Shown piece by piece: positions 8,387 through 18,970 of a stretch of DNA of 64,000 nucleotides. Position 1 is the stretch's first letter; each line of letters begins with the position of its first letter. The notes under the pieces were generated by a model that worked only from the letters and a program-made list of their open reading frames with translations, searched no databases and had not been told where the DNA came from. Origin of the DNA: Clostridia bacterium. GTDB taxonomy: Bacteria > Bacillota > Sulfobacillia > JAJZYS01 > JAJYTV01. The translations under genes and the position numbers were made by a program. Location of the stretch: NCBI GenBank assembly GCA_027420455.1, contig DAIBJA010000078.1, positions 5,669-69,668 on the forward strand, written 5' to 3'.

Positions 8387-11227
8387 ATGCGCAGATATCT
8401 TGGCGCCTTGGCAGCGGTGGTGCTGCTTGCGCCCTTTGTCGCTGCCGCGACGCCGGCCGCCGCTCAGGCGCCGTTTTCCGATGTGCCCTCGACCTATTGG
8501 GCCGCAAGTGCCATCGACGCGCTCGCGGCACAGGGCGTCATCCGCGGCGAACCGGACGGACTCTTCCATCCGCTCGCGCCCGTGACGCGGGCCCAGTTCG
8601 CCGCCATGATCGTGCGCGCCGAACACCTGCCGAAGGTCAGCGTCGGGCCGAATTTCAACGACGTCACCCCTGCCAATACGCTCTACGCCGACATCGAGAC
8701 GGCTGCAGCCGACGGCCTGATGCTCGGTGAAAGCCTGACAAAGTTCGCGCCAGGAGCCACGATCAACCGGGCCATGGCGGCCACCATCGCGGTGCGGGCC
8801 ATCGGGCTCGGACCTCTGGGCAACGACCTCCAAAGCCAGCCGGCAGGCTACGCCGACAGTGCCCGCATCCCGAGCTATGCGCTCGGCTACGTGGTGGCGG
8901 CCAAGCGCCTTGGCCTGATGCAGGGCATGGCGGGCAACGTCTTCGACCCGGCGGGCTCCCTCGACCGCGCACAGGCCGCAGCCGTCATCTACCGCATGCT
9001 CGGTCTCCCGCCGCAAAGCATCTCGTCGCTGGCCGCGTCGGTGGTCAGCCAGGTCAACGGCGGAAGTTCCGCCACCTCGATCGCGGTCGGACAGTCCACC
9101 ACACTCTGGTCTGTCGCCCGCGACGCCTCGGGTCTCCCGGTACCTGCCACGGTGACGTGGAGCGCAAGCGGTGGCACGCTCAACGGCACGACCTTCAGCG
9201 CCCAGTCGCCGGGCAGCTATCAGCTGATGGCGACCGTGCAGGGTTCTTCAGCGAGGAAGGCCATGACCATCCACGTCGAGCAGGCCACTTCGCTCGCCAT
9301 CTACGGCCTGCTGGAAGTGGCCGGACCGGGTGCCACGGTGCCGGTGCAGGTAACGGTCCTCGACCAGGGCGGCAAGCGCGACGTCGCCGACGGGTCCCGC
9401 GCCATCACGCTGACGGCGACCAACGCGAGCTCGCAGCCGGTCACCCTGACCCAGACTGCCCAGGCAGGCCAGACGACCTTCAATTTCGCGCCGCCAGCCG
9501 CGGGACCGTGGTCCCTCACAGCCAGCGCGCCGGGCCTCGCGAGCGGCACGGCGGCCTTCGATGTCCTCGCCACACCTTTCCCCAGTCCGTTGCAGCTGAC
9601 CGGCCCGGCCCAGATCCTGCCGGGGCAATCCGCTGCCGTGACGGCCAGCCTGCCGACAGGGGCGAGCGAGTCGTCGCCCGTCACCCTGACATCGAGCAAC
9701 CCGGCCGTGGTGTCGGTAGGGGGATCCGGCACGGACTCCTTGACGCCAGCGGGCCTCTCCTTCCAGGTGCAGGCCCTTGCACCTGGCAGCGCCACGCTCA
9801 CCCTGAGCAACGGCGCGGGCGCCTTCGAGAGCGCCACGCTGGCGGTTACGGTGCCGGCGCTCGGCCAGTTGGCCCTTCCCGCGCCAGCCGCGGTCACGGC
9901 GGGTCAGCAGGCGACGGCCATCGTCACGGTCATGCCCAGCCTGCCGGCACCACCTCCCAGCGTCGCCCTCACGCTCGTGAATCCGCAAGGCGTCTCCGTC
10001 GCCACCATGACGGCCACAGCCCAGGGTAGCGCCGCATCGTTCAATCTTCAGGAGGACGAGGCCGGCACGTGGCAGCTCAAGGCGTCGGCACCTGGCTATA
10101 CCCCGGCGACGACCAGCTGGGTAATCAATCCGGGTCCCGCGACGCAGCTGATCGCCACCGGCGCTCCGTCCACCATCGTCGTGGCTGGCCAGAGCGCGAA
10201 CCTGCAGGTCATGCTGGCCGACAGCTACGACAATCCCGTGGCGTCGCCGCTCAGCGTTGCCCTGACGACGCAGGGCAACGCCGGGACCCTGACCGGAGTC
10301 GCAACGGCCCTGCCCGGTCCAGGCCCGGCGGCGGTGTTCGACGCCACGACTCCCGGCACCGAGACCGTCGACGTCAGCGATCCCGCGGCACCTCAGTTCG
10401 GCACTCAAGCGGTTACCTTCCGCGTCATCGCCCAGAGCGCGGACGTCGTTGCGGGAAAGGGATTCTGGCTGCTCAGCAGCGACCTGGCCAAGATACCCGC
10501 GCCGCAGCTCATCGCCCAGCTGAAAAGCCTGGGCGCGACCCACGTCTACCTCGAGGTGGAGACCAGCTACGGCTTCTACGGCAGCGACCAGCTGCGCACA
10601 TTCCTCTTTCAGGCGCACGATGCAGGCATCGCGGTGATCGCCTGGGTCTACCCGTACCTCAACAACGTAGCCCTCGACGAAAGCCTGACACAGCAGGTGG
10701 CGGACTACGTAGCCCCAACCGGCGACAAGCCGGACGGCATCGCGGCGGACATCGAGGAGAACCTGAGCGCCTCGGCCGTCTCGAGTTATGCCGCGGCGGT
10801 GCGTCAGGCGCTCGGCCCTGCCGGCGTCCTGATCGCTGTGACCTACCCGCCCATCTACCACGAGAACTATCCCTACGCCGCCCTGGCACCTTACGTCACG
10901 CTCTACGCGCCCATGGACTACTGGCACTATCAGGCCACGAGCGAAGATTTCACCCAGGCCTATCAGTACGTGAACCAGACCGTCGGGCTGATACGGCAGC
11001 TCTCCGGCCTGCCTCAGGTGCCGGTCACCGTCATCGGACAGTCCTACGACATGTTCTCGAGCGGCGCACAAGGCGTCTTCAGCCCGACACAGCTGGAAAT
11101 CGAGGCGGCCTTCCAGGCTGCGAGCGATGCAGGCGCTATCGGCATCTCCTTCTACAGGCTGCCGACCGCGACCGCGAGCGAACTGCAGACGATTGAGACG
11201 CTGCCCTTCCCGGACGCGAGCAACTGA
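8387..11227 (+). CDS. S-layer homology (SLH) domain cell-surface protein with Ig-like repeats and C-terminal TIM-barrel-like glycoside-hydrolase-like domain
   Basis: Signal peptide, then three SLH repeats (FSDVP..YWAA.AI..L...GVI.G; FNDV; YADS). Long Ala/Thr/Ser-rich beta repeats follow. The C-terminus reads GFWLLSS...GATHVYLEVETSYG...AWVYPY. Confidence 0.75.
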   Translation: MRRYLGALAAVVLLAPFVAAATPAAAQAPFSDVPSTYWAASAIDALAAQGVIRGEPDGLFHPLAPVTRAQFAAMIVRAEHLPKVSVGPNFNDVTPANTLYADIETAAADGLMLGESLTKFAPGATINRAMAATIAVRAIGLGPLGNDLQSQPAGYADSARIPSYALGYVVAAKRLGLMQGMAGNVFDPAGSLDRAQAAAVIYRMLGLPPQSISSLAASVVSQVNGGSSATSIAVGQSTTLWSVARDASGLPVPATVTWSASGGTLNGTTFSAQSPGSYQLMATVQGSSARKAMTIHVEQATSLAIYGLLEVAGPGATVPVQVTVLDQGGKRDVADGSRAITLTATNASSQPVTLTQTAQAGQTTFNFAPPAAGPWSLTASAPGLASGTAAFDVLATPFPSPLQLTGPAQILPGQSAAVTASLPTGASESSPVTLTSSNPAVVSVGGSGTDSLTPAGLSFQVQALAPGSATLTLSNGAGAFESATLAVTVPALGQLALPAPAAVTAGQQATAIVTVMPSLPAPPPSVALTLVNPQGVSVATMTATAQGSAASFNLQEDEAGTWQLKASAPGYTPATTSWVINPGPATQLIATGAPSTIVVAGQSANLQVMLADSYDNPVASPLSVALTTQGNAGTLTGVATALPGPGPAAVFDATTPGTETVDVSDPAAPQFGTQAVTFRVIAQSADVVAGKGFWLLSSDLAKIPAPQLIAQLKSLGATHVYLEVETSYGFYGSDQLRTFLFQAHDAGIAVIAWVYPYLNNVALDESLTQQVADYVAPTGDKPDGIAADIEENLSASAVSSYAAAVRQALGPAGVLIAVTYPPIYHENYPYAALAPYVTLYAPMDYWHYQATSEDFTQAYQYVNQTVGLIRQLSGLPQVPVTVIGQSYDMFSSGAQGVFSPTQLEIEAAFQAASDAGAIGISFYRLPTATASELQTIETLPFPDASN

Positions 11228-11297
11228 AGGCAGAGCCGAGTGGCCGCCGCCTATGCGGGCGGACTCTCGGCATCTGCGGAGCTGATAGGCTTGCGGT

Positions 11298-12710
11298 TCA
11301 GACGAGGCGCACGACGCGGAACGAGGTCTTGCCCGCGCGTCGCGCCCCGCGCTGCAGCACGATGCCGTAGAGAAGATCCCTGGCGCCGTGGAGGACACCG
11401 AGCGGCAGCGAGAGTTCCACGATCCGGCCCGCGAAGCGCGCGCGGATGCCGGGGTCCAACCCTGGCTGCTCGCCATCCCAGAACACCGGGCGCATACCAG
11501 GACCGATGTCGATGCGCCGCCGCAGGTAATGCTGCGGCAGACCTTGGCCGAAGGCCATGAGGAAATTGCGCAGCACGAGGTCGCGTCCGGGCTCCTGGCG
11601 CAGGGCGATGCGCACCAGGAGGCGCCCCCCGTCCTGGGCCATCCGCACATCCTGCACCAGGCTGCGCGCCCCCAGGAGGTCGGCGAAGAGCGTGCCCTCC
11701 GGATCCTCGATATCGTTGGTCACCCGCGACCAGGAGCCTTCCCAGGCGGCGACCAGACGCGCGGGAAAGAGACCGAAGAGCTCGTTGCGGCGAGCGAACG
11801 CGATCAAACGGTCCGACATGACTTCCATCTGCGAATGGTAAAGCCGGATCGCATCCGCCTTTGCCGTCACCGTGGCGCTCGTCAGAACCTGGCGGTACCA
11901 GGTCGTCCCCACGTGGGCGAATTCCCACGGCGGCAGGAGCGCCCTATCGGGATGGAACCCGAACGGCAGCGGCCAGTCGCCCCAGTGCACGAGATACCTG
12001 AGACATGCCATCCCCGTCACGAAGGCATGTCCTTCCTGGCGCAGCCGCTCGATCGCGGCGTCGGCGAAGGCCGCCATGGCCCAGTGGTCGGGGTGCACGT
12101 CGTTCGGGTGCGGCAGCACGAGGATCGCCGGCCGGATGGTGCGAATCGCTTCATATACGGCCTCGAACTCGTCTTCACCCGTGTAGGCTACGCCAGGCTG
12201 CACGGTGTCCTCGTACGGATCCCGATCGCGCTGGGTGAAACGCGACCGGTACGCCGTCCGCCAGTTGTAGAGGAAGAGGTGGTCGGTGCCGCTGTCCGGA
12301 AAGCCGAGGAACCTGATCCGGCTGTCCTGCAGCCCGAGGCTGCGGACGGCCGCCCTGGACTCGGCCATGCGCATGCGTCCAAGGCGCAGATAGTCTTCCG
12401 GCGTCGGGTCGGTGGTGAAATAGACGCGGTCGGCGTCCGCGGGAAACCCGTCGCCGCTCGTCGCCACCAGGACGTGCACATCGCTCCCGGCCGCAAGCAT
12501 CTCATGCCAGAAGCCGCCGCTGCCCAGCACCTCATCATCGGGATGCGGCGCCAGGATCAGAATCGGCGATGTCTTGCCCACGGGCAGCCGGCCCGAAGAC
12601 GCCGTGCCCGAGGGCGTGAAAACGGGATCGGTCAGGAAGAAGCCGCCCGTTGCCAGGAGGAAGCCTCCGAGACCTGCGGTCAGAAGCTCTCGACGCGTCA
12701 TCCGGCGCAA
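11298..12710 (-). CDS. PIG-L/LmbE family deacetylase with Tat-type signal and C-terminal extension
   Basis: MRRMTRRELLTAG is a twin-arginine signal. ILILAPHPDDEVLGSGG and the later HPDH match PIG-L motifs. Confidence 0.75.
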   Translation of the reverse strand: MRRMTRRELLTAGLGGFLLATGGFFLTDPVFTPSGTASSGRLPVGKTSPILILAPHPDDEVLGSGGFWHEMLAAGSDVHVLVATSGDGFPADADRVYFTTDPTPEDYLRLGRMRMAESRAAVRSLGLQDSRIRFLGFPDSGTDHLFLYNWRTAYRSRFTQRDRDPYEDTVQPGVAYTGEDEFEAVYEAIRTIRPAILVLPHPNDVHPDHWAMAAFADAAIERLRQEGHAFVTGMACLRYLVHWGDWPLPFGFHPDRALLPPWEFAHVGTTWYRQVLTSATVTAKADAIRLYHSQMEVMSDRLIAFARRNELFGLFPARLVAAWEGSWSRVTNDIEDPEGTLFADLLGARSLVQDVRMAQDGGRLLVRIALRQEPGRDLVLRNFLMAFGQGLPQHYLRRRIDIGPGMRPVFWDGEQPGLDPGIRARFAGRIVELSLPLGVLHGARDLLYGIVLQRGARRAGKTSFRVVRLV

Positions 12711-12749
12711 GGGAGTCGGCCTCGCTCTCCTGGAATTATGACACGGCGA

Positions 12750-13628
12750 TCATAGCAGACCGTTCGCCTTCGCCACCTCGGCCAAAAAGGCCCTCACGCC
12801 CTGGCGAAGTTCCGGGCGCTGGAGTGCGAAGCTGATCTGGGCCCGCAGCAGGCCCAGCGGCTCCCCGATGTCGTAGCGCTCACCGACCACGGTGACGGCG
12901 TATACGGGCCGGGACTGGCAGAGCGCGCGCAAGGCGTCCGTGAGCTGGATCTCGCCGCCTGCTCCAGGCTCGACTCGCGCGAGATGGGAGAAGATCCCCG
13001 GCGGCAACACGTACCGACCGACGACGCCAAGATGCGACGGAGCCTCCTCCTGCCTTGGCTTCTCCACCATGTCGAGAACCCGGAACACGCCGGGCTCCAC
13101 CTCTTCTCCAACCGTCACGACCCCATACCGGCTGATATCCTGCGGCGGCACGGGGACGACGGCGACCACGGGCGCATCGAGCCGCTCAGCGACGGAGATG
13201 AGCTGCGACAGGGCAGGTTCAGGACTGAGATAGAGATCGTCGGGCAACAGAACAGCGAAATCCTCCCCGTCAATGTGGCGTTCGGCACAGGCAATCGCAT
13301 GGCCGAGTCCGCGCGGGGTTCCCTGCCGCACGTAGAAGACCTGAAGGCGGTCCAGGAGCGCCTGCAGCTCGCCCAGCCGCGGGTTGCCTGTCGCCTCGAG
13401 CAGGCGTTCGAGTTCGATCGCACGGTCGAAGTGATCCTCGATCGCCCGCTTGCCGCGGCCCGTGACGATGAGGAGGTCACGAATGCCGCAGGCGTCCACC
13501 TCTTCGGCAATGTAGTGAATAGCCGGCCGATCGACGACCGGAAGCATCTCTTTCGGCTGGGCCTTTGTTGCAGGAAGAAAGCGGGTGCCGAGACCTGCCG
13601 CCGGCACTACGGCCTTTGCAACACGCAT
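12750..13628 (-). CDS. galU: UTP--glucose-1-phosphate uridylyltransferase
   Basis: KAVVPAAGLGTRFLPATKAQPKEMLPVVDRP and VEKP motifs; 292 aa. Confidence 0.9.
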   Translation of the reverse strand: MRVAKAVVPAAGLGTRFLPATKAQPKEMLPVVDRPAIHYIAEEVDACGIRDLLIVTGRGKRAIEDHFDRAIELERLLEATGNPRLGELQALLDRLQVFYVRQGTPRGLGHAIACAERHIDGEDFAVLLPDDLYLSPEPALSQLISVAERLDAPVVAVVPVPPQDISRYGVVTVGEEVEPGVFRVLDMVEKPRQEEAPSHLGVVGRYVLPPGIFSHLARVEPGAGGEIQLTDALRALCQSRPVYAVTVVGERYDIGEPLGLLRAQISFALQRPELRQGVRAFLAEVAKANGLL

Positions 13629-13697
13629 GAAGTCCTCCTGAGACTTTGGTGGTGGCTAGTGTCTCCACCATTGTAGCCGATCTCCAGCTTGCCGTGA

Positions 13698-14231
13698 TCA
13701 GTGCCAAAGCCAGCCCGCCACGATGATGGCGGTCGCGTAGCCGATGGCATCGACGCTCAGGCAGAGTGGCAGCGCATAGCGCGAGCGTCGCACCCCGACC
13801 GATCCGAGATAGACGGTCAGCACGTAGAGCGTGGTCTCCGAGGAGCCTTGGATGGTGGAGACCAGGTGGCCGAGAAAGCTGTCCGGACCATGCTGGTGCA
13901 GGAGAGAGAGAACGAGACCCGCCGACGCCGAACCGGAGAGAGGTCGCACCAGCAGCAGGGGCAGAAGAGCGGCCGGGACACCGAGTGGCCGCAGGACGGG
14001 TGCCAAGGCGGTGCTCAGCATTTCGAGAGCACCGCTCATGCGGAACGCGGCCACTGCGACATAGATGGCCAGGAGATAGGGAAACAGGCTCAAGGACAGC
14101 TGCAGCCCCTCGCGGGCCCCTTGCACGAACTCGGCGAGCAGGTCCACGCGCCGCCAGAGGCCGTGCAGCAGAACGGCAGCGATGAAGATCGGCACAAGCC
14201 AGCCCGCCAGGCTTCCCACTGCCTGGATCAT
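13698..14231 (-). CDS. spmB: spore maturation protein B (nucleoside-recognition domain)
   Basis: 177-aa membrane protein starting MIQAVGSLAGWLVPIF. ATGA overlap with spmA. The upstream part of the listed ORF is Arg/Gly junk. Confidence 0.7.
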   Translation of the reverse strand: MIQAVGSLAGWLVPIFIAAVLLHGLWRRVDLLAEFVQGAREGLQLSLSLFPYLLAIYVAVAAFRMSGALEMLSTALAPVLRPLGVPAALLPLLLVRPLSGSASAGLVLSLLHQHGPDSFLGHLVSTIQGSSETTLYVLTVYLGSVGVRRSRYALPLCLSVDAIGYATAIIVAGWLWH

Positions 14232-14815
14232 GCGCTCGAGCGGGCGGCCCGGCGGAATACTCCGTGCAGCACCAGCGCGGAGATGAATGCCACGCCCGTG
14301 ACGATGATGGAAGCCACCGCGGTGCCGGCCGGGTCGAGCGAACCGGCCGCCGCGCGCATGGCGATGGTTCCGGCCGGCAGCAGATTCAGTGCGGCCGAGT
14401 TGAGCACCAGGAAGAGGATCATCTCGTCCGACGCCGTTTCCTTCTCCGGCATCGCGTGCGCGAGCTCCTGCATGGCCTTGAGACCGAACGGCGTTGCCGC
14501 CGATCCAAGGCCAAGCGCGTTGGCTACAAGGTTCATCGCCATCAGGGCAAAGGCCGGATGCCCGTCCGGAAGCTTGCGGAAGAGCAGGCGCAGGAGCGGT
14601 AGCAACGGCCGCGCGAGCAACTCGAGCAAACCGCTCTTTTCCGCGATGCGGCTCAGCCCGAACCAGAACGCAGTCACCGCCGCGAGGTCCATGGCCAGCT
14701 TGGCTGCCTGCATCGCCTGCGTGAAGAGCCCAGACCCCAGGCTGTCGATCGTACCGTGCGCACCGCCGACGCCCAGGGCGATCAGCATCAGGAGCGCCCA
14801 CACGGCGTTCAGCAT
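14228..14815 (-). CDS. spmA: spore maturation protein A (nucleoside-recognition domain)
   Basis: Reads MLNAVWALLMLIAL...LVANALGLGSAATPFGLKAM. AGGGGG lies 7 nt upstream of ATG 14815. Confidence 0.7.
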   Translation of the reverse strand: MLNAVWALLMLIALGVGGAHGTIDSLGSGLFTQAMQAAKLAMDLAAVTAFWFGLSRIAEKSGLLELLARPLLPLLRLLFRKLPDGHPAFALMAMNLVANALGLGSAATPFGLKAMQELAHAMPEKETASDEMILFLVLNSAALNLLPAGTIAMRAAAGSLDPAGTAVASIIVTGVAFISALVLHGVFRRAARSSA

Positions 14816-14924
14816 CGAGCTACCCCCTGCCCTGTTTCTATGGCTCGTCGCGACAGGGAAGACCAGGCCCGGGTAAGAGCGCATATGCTGTCTGCGGTTC
14901 GATTTCGGTCAAGGGGGACTCAGG

Positions 14925-15290
14925 GTGCTCTATGCAGTTCTTCGCTCGAAGATCCACCGGGCGCGCGTGACGGAGGCGGTCCTCGACTACCAGGGCAGCC
15001 TTTCGCTCGACGCGGATCTGATGGCTGCGGCCGACCTCAGGGAGTTCGACTGGGTGCAAATCACGTCGATGGCCAACGGTGCCCGTTGGCAGACCTATGT
15101 CCTGACCGCGCCCAAGGGCAGCGGCACCGTCCGCGCGAACGGTGCGGCCGCACGCCACTTCGCGCCCGGCGACGAAGTGATCATCCTCGCGTTCGCCTAC
15201 GCGACCGCCGAGGAACGCCTGCGCAGCTTACCGCGCATCGTCCACGTCGATGGGGCCAACCAGCCGGTGACACCTACAGGAGACCTGTAG
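14925..15290 (+). CDS. panD: aspartate 1-decarboxylase
   Basis: Reads MLYAVLRSKIHRARVTEAVLDYQGSLSLD, which includes the Gly-Ser self-processing site; 121 aa. Confidence 0.9.
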   Translation: MLYAVLRSKIHRARVTEAVLDYQGSLSLDADLMAAADLREFDWVQITSMANGARWQTYVLTAPKGSGTVRANGAAARHFAPGDEVIILAFAYATAEERLRSLPRIVHVDGANQPVTPTGDL

Positions 15291-15339
15291 GCACTAGTGG
15301 AAGATCTCCTGCATCGTGCCCCGAAGGGAGCCTTCACGC

Positions 15340-16449
15340 GTGCAGCTTCGTCAGGTGGAGATCTTCGCTTTGCGGATGCGCCTGAGACACCCGTTCGAAA
15401 CCAGCTTCGGCCGCGAGGACGACCGGGAGTTCCTCCTGGTGCGCGCCGAGACCGAGGACTTCGTGGGCTGGGGCGAAGTGACGGTATCCAGAGACCCCTT
15501 CTACTCCTACGAGACCGTAGCGACGGCGCAGTCGGTGCTGCACGATTACCTCGTGCCGTGGGTCCTCGCTAGGCCGATCGGCCATCCGGACGAACTCGGC
15601 CCACGTTTCGCACAGGTGCGAGGCCACCAGATGGCCAAGTCCGGCCTGGAAGGGGCGGTATGGGACATCTACGCCCAGGAGCTCGGTCTGCCCCTCAGCA
15701 CGGCACTGGGCGGGACGCGGCAGGAGATCGAGGTAGGCATCTCGATCGGCATCGAGCCGACCGCGGAGCTATTGCTGAAGCAGGTGGAACGATTCCTCGG
15801 CGAGGGTTACCGGCGCTTCAAGATCAAGATCAAGCCGGGCGTCGACTACGACCGGCTCAAGGCGGTGCGCAAGGAGTTCGGAGCGATCCCCATGATGGCC
15901 GACGCGAACTCGGCCTACACGCTCGATGACCTGCCCCTGCTGCAGCGGCTGGATGATCTCGACCTGATGATGATCGAACAGCCCTTGGCCTATGACGACA
16001 TCATCGACCATGCCACGCTGCAGAAGCAGCTCAGGACACCGATCTGCCTCGACGAGAGCATCCATGGCCCGGGAGACCTCAGGAAGGCCATCGCCCTTGG
16101 CTCCGGACGCATCCTGAACGTCAAGATCGGACGGCTGGGCGGACTTTCCGAGTCCGTGCAGAGCCACAATCTGTGCCAGGATGCCGGCTGGCCCGTCTGG
16201 TGCGGCGGCATGCTGGAGTCTGGCGTCGGCCGACTCCACAATGTGGCCATCACCACGCTGCCCGGCTTCACGCTGCCCGGCGATACGGCAGCCAGCAGCC
16301 GGTACTGGCAGGAGGACATCATCGAACCCGAGGTGATCGTCTCGCCGAGGGGTACCATACAGGTGCCGGATGCGCCAGGTCTGGGACACAAGGTGCGCGA
16401 AGACATGGTGCGATCGATGGCCCATGCGCACTGGGCGATGCGCAGCTAG
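15340..16449 (+). CDS. o-succinylbenzoate synthase / N-acylamino-acid racemase family (enolase superfamily)
   Basis: KIKIKPG (KxK), MMADANSAY, MIEQPL, CLDESI and NVKIGRLGG catalytic and metal motifs. GGGAG precedes GTG 15340. Confidence 0.8.
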   Translation: MQLRQVEIFALRMRLRHPFETSFGREDDREFLLVRAETEDFVGWGEVTVSRDPFYSYETVATAQSVLHDYLVPWVLARPIGHPDELGPRFAQVRGHQMAKSGLEGAVWDIYAQELGLPLSTALGGTRQEIEVGISIGIEPTAELLLKQVERFLGEGYRRFKIKIKPGVDYDRLKAVRKEFGAIPMMADANSAYTLDDLPLLQRLDDLDLMMIEQPLAYDDIIDHATLQKQLRTPICLDESIHGPGDLRKAIALGSGRILNVKIGRLGGLSESVQSHNLCQDAGWPVWCGGMLESGVGRLHNVAITTLPGFTLPGDTAASSRYWQEDIIEPEVIVSPRGTIQVPDAPGLGHKVREDMVRSMAHAHWAMRS

Positions 16450-17076
16450 ATGACACGACCGGCGAAAGAGGGCCAGACGGGTCGCCAGGAGGCGCTTCTC
16501 GCCGCGGCGGCCGCCGTCTTCGCGCAGCAGGGCTACCACGCGGCGACCATCGCGGAAATCGCACGACGGGCCCATGTGGCCACTGGGACCTTCTATCTCT
16601 ACTTCCCGTCGAAGGAGCAGTGTTTCGGCCAGCTCATCGCCACTCTGTACGACGAGGTGCTGAGAGAAGTCCGACGGCGCAGACGCGGCGCCGGGAGCGT
16701 GCTCGTCAAGCTGGATCGATCTGTGCAGGCCGTGCTGCAATGCTTCAGGCAGCGCCAGGACCTGGCGTCGATCGTGCTGTTGCAGGCCTCCGGCGCGACG
16801 AAACCGCTGCAGGAACGCCTCACCGCGATCGAGTCGGACCTTCTCCATCTCCTTGCCACGGATCTAGCCGAAGCAGTGCAAGCTGGACTCATCCCCCCGG
16901 GTGACGCGGCGTTGAGAGCGCGACTCGTCCTGGGCGCCATGCGCGAGGCCCTGGTTTATGGCTTGGCTCAGTCCGGGCAGTCTGCCCCCGCCGACGCCGA
17001 AGTGCGCCGCTTCCTGCTCTGGGCTGTCGGCGGACAGGCCGCCCCTGTTGAGGAAGAAAGTTCTGCTACGTCTTAG
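16450..17076 (+). CDS. TetR/AcrR family transcriptional regulator
   Basis: The HTH reads ATIAEIARRAHVATGTFYLYFPSKEQ. The ATG directly abuts the preceding stop codon. Confidence 0.85.
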   Translation: MTRPAKEGQTGRQEALLAAAAAVFAQQGYHAATIAEIARRAHVATGTFYLYFPSKEQCFGQLIATLYDEVLREVRRRRRGAGSVLVKLDRSVQAVLQCFRQRQDLASIVLLQASGATKPLQERLTAIESDLLHLLATDLAEAVQAGLIPPGDAALRARLVLGAMREALVYGLAQSGQSAPADAEVRRFLLWAVGGQAAPVEEESSATS

Positions 17077-17112
17077 TAGATGCGGGCATCGCACGAAACT
17101 GGAGGTGTGCCG

Positions 17113-18756
17113 TTGCAGCGCCTAGCCATCATCGCAGCCGTCGCCAGCCTCCTGCTGACGTTCGGCGGCACCGCGCAGGCAGGAGGCACGGCGCCGGCAG
17201 CGTCCCCCGTTTTGAGGGTGGGCGTCGTGGGCACGTTCGGCACCCTCAATCCCCTGCTCTATAGCACCCAGGCTGCCGCAGACGTCCTTGGCGCGACCTC
17301 GGACGGTCTCATGAGCTACCGTCCCGCCAGCGCAGACGGTAGCCTCCACTACGTGTGGCGGCCCGATCTCCTTGCGTCGACGCCTCGCATCACGATAACG
17401 GGCACACCGGGCCCCACAGCCGACGTGACCATCGTCTATCGCCTGCGCCGGGGCCTGCGCTGGTCCGACGGCAAGCCTCTGACGTCGCGGGACATCCGCT
17501 TCACATGGCAGGCTATCATGGCGCCCGGCAACGGAGCCTACCAAGCCGGATACAACCAGATCACAGCGATCGCTACGCCCGACCGCCTCACCGCCATCGT
17601 CCACATGCATGGCACTTTCGCGGCCTGGCAGACCCTCTTCTCTGCCCTGCTGCCCTGGCATGCGCTGCATAGCCGCCTTCAAACCATCGCGACCGACAAG
17701 GCCTACAGCGATCATCCGCTGTCGACCGGGCCGTACGCTGTGCATCAGTATAGGAACCCAAGCGTGGTGCTCGTGGCGAACCCGTATTACTCGGGCCAGG
17801 ACGGGCCGCGGCCGGCATTCAAGGAGATCGTGGTGTCGTCCTACAGCCGACAGTCCTATCTCGTCGCGGCGCTCGAGAAGCATCAGGTCGATCTGGGCGA
17901 TCTCATGGCGCTCAACACAGGCACCGTCCAGACGCTGCGCAACCAGCGCTTCGCCATCGACAGCGTGCCGAGCACAGTATTCGAGCAGTTCACCTTCAAC
18001 CTGCGCGATCCGATCGCCGGCGACCTGAACGTACGGAGGGCCTTCTATCTGGCATTGAATCGCCAGAAGATGGCCGCCAGCATCTCAGGCGGCCGCTGGC
18101 AGGTCGCGACATCGGACCAGCCGCCCTGGAGCTGGGCGTTCAACCCGAAGGTGCCGGTGGTGCATCAGAACGTTGTCCAGGCCCGCAGCATCCTCGCACA
18201 GGACGGCTGGCAGATCGGCAAGGACGGGTTCTTCCAGAAGAACGGACAGGAACTCGTGCTGGACGTCTCCCTGACCCATACGCCGCTCCATGCTGCGATC
18301 ATGCATTATGTGACGCGCGAGGAAGCCAAGGCGGGCATCCGCGTCCTGCCCGTCTACTTCACGACCCAGGCCCTGTTCGGACCCAACGGCATGTTTGCGC
18401 AGGGCACCTTCCAGGTGGGTGAGTTCGGTCTCATGAACAACGTCGACCCCGACGACGCTGCGATCTGGAATTCGAACCTCGGCAGCCCCTACCAGCAGGG
18501 AGACGACTTCTCCGGCTACCAGAATCCGAATGTCAACCAGTGGACGCTCGATGCCCTCAACCAGATGAACCCGTCGCTGCGGGCGCAGGATTACCGGCGG
18601 GTACAGATGCAGCTCTACGAGGACCTTCCCATGGTGCCGCTCTTCTACGCCTCGACCGAGACGGTCTATAGCCCTCGGAGGATCGCGCGCGTCTCGCTGA
18701 GCGCCTATAGTGGCACATTGTGGAACGCGAACACCTGGCGCCTCCCTTCCAAGTAG
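17113..18756 (+). CDS. ABC transporter substrate-binding protein, family 5 (peptide/nickel type), no cognate permease adjacent
   Basis: Signal peptide plus family-5 SBP-like sequence (RRGLRWSDGKPLTSRDIRFTW...). GGAGG lies 7 nt before TTG 17113. Confidence 0.75.
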   Translation: MQRLAIIAAVASLLLTFGGTAQAGGTAPAASPVLRVGVVGTFGTLNPLLYSTQAAADVLGATSDGLMSYRPASADGSLHYVWRPDLLASTPRITITGTPGPTADVTIVYRLRRGLRWSDGKPLTSRDIRFTWQAIMAPGNGAYQAGYNQITAIATPDRLTAIVHMHGTFAAWQTLFSALLPWHALHSRLQTIATDKAYSDHPLSTGPYAVHQYRNPSVVLVANPYYSGQDGPRPAFKEIVVSSYSRQSYLVAALEKHQVDLGDLMALNTGTVQTLRNQRFAIDSVPSTVFEQFTFNLRDPIAGDLNVRRAFYLALNRQKMAASISGGRWQVATSDQPPWSWAFNPKVPVVHQNVVQARSILAQDGWQIGKDGFFQKNGQELVLDVSLTHTPLHAAIMHYVTREEAKAGIRVLPVYFTTQALFGPNGMFAQGTFQVGEFGLMNNVDPDDAAIWNSNLGSPYQQGDDFSGYQNPNVNQWTLDALNQMNPSLRAQDYRRVQMQLYEDLPMVPLFYASTETVYSPRRIARVSLSAYSGTLWNANTWRLPSK

Positions 18757-18767
18757 GCGTATGACAA

Positions 18768-18798
18768 GGCCCCGCCGCCCAGCCGCGGCGGCGGGGCC
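18768..18798 (+). terminator. GC-rich hairpin downstream of SBP gene
   Basis: GGCCCCGCCGCC-N7-GGCGGCGGGGCC, a perfect 12-bp stem. There is no clear U-tract. Confidence 0.45.
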
Positions 18799-18970
18799 CA
18801 CTCGTCTCACCAGGGACAGGCGATGGGTCGCATGGTCCACACGGCCAGCACATTGGTGTTAGCATAAGACTATAGCGAGGGCCACTTGGCGGCGATCGTG
18901 CTCCAGTTGTCCCAAGCGCCATTTCCATGAAGGGAAGAAGCCCGGGTCTTGCCGGGCGCCGCCTACGACG

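Noticed and set aside
9248-11650. Very long alternative-frame or antisense ORFs: 9248..11650 (800 aa), 4906..6249, 7342..8730, 8033..9016, 13701..14876, 29712..31340, 32133..34001, 44903..46615, 49174..50301, 40825..42183 and many shorter ones.
   Set aside because: Their Arg/Pro/Gly/Ala-rich composition is the usual artefact of stop-poor off-frames in high-GC DNA. Each is fully overlapped by a gene with clear family motifs on the other strand or in another frame.
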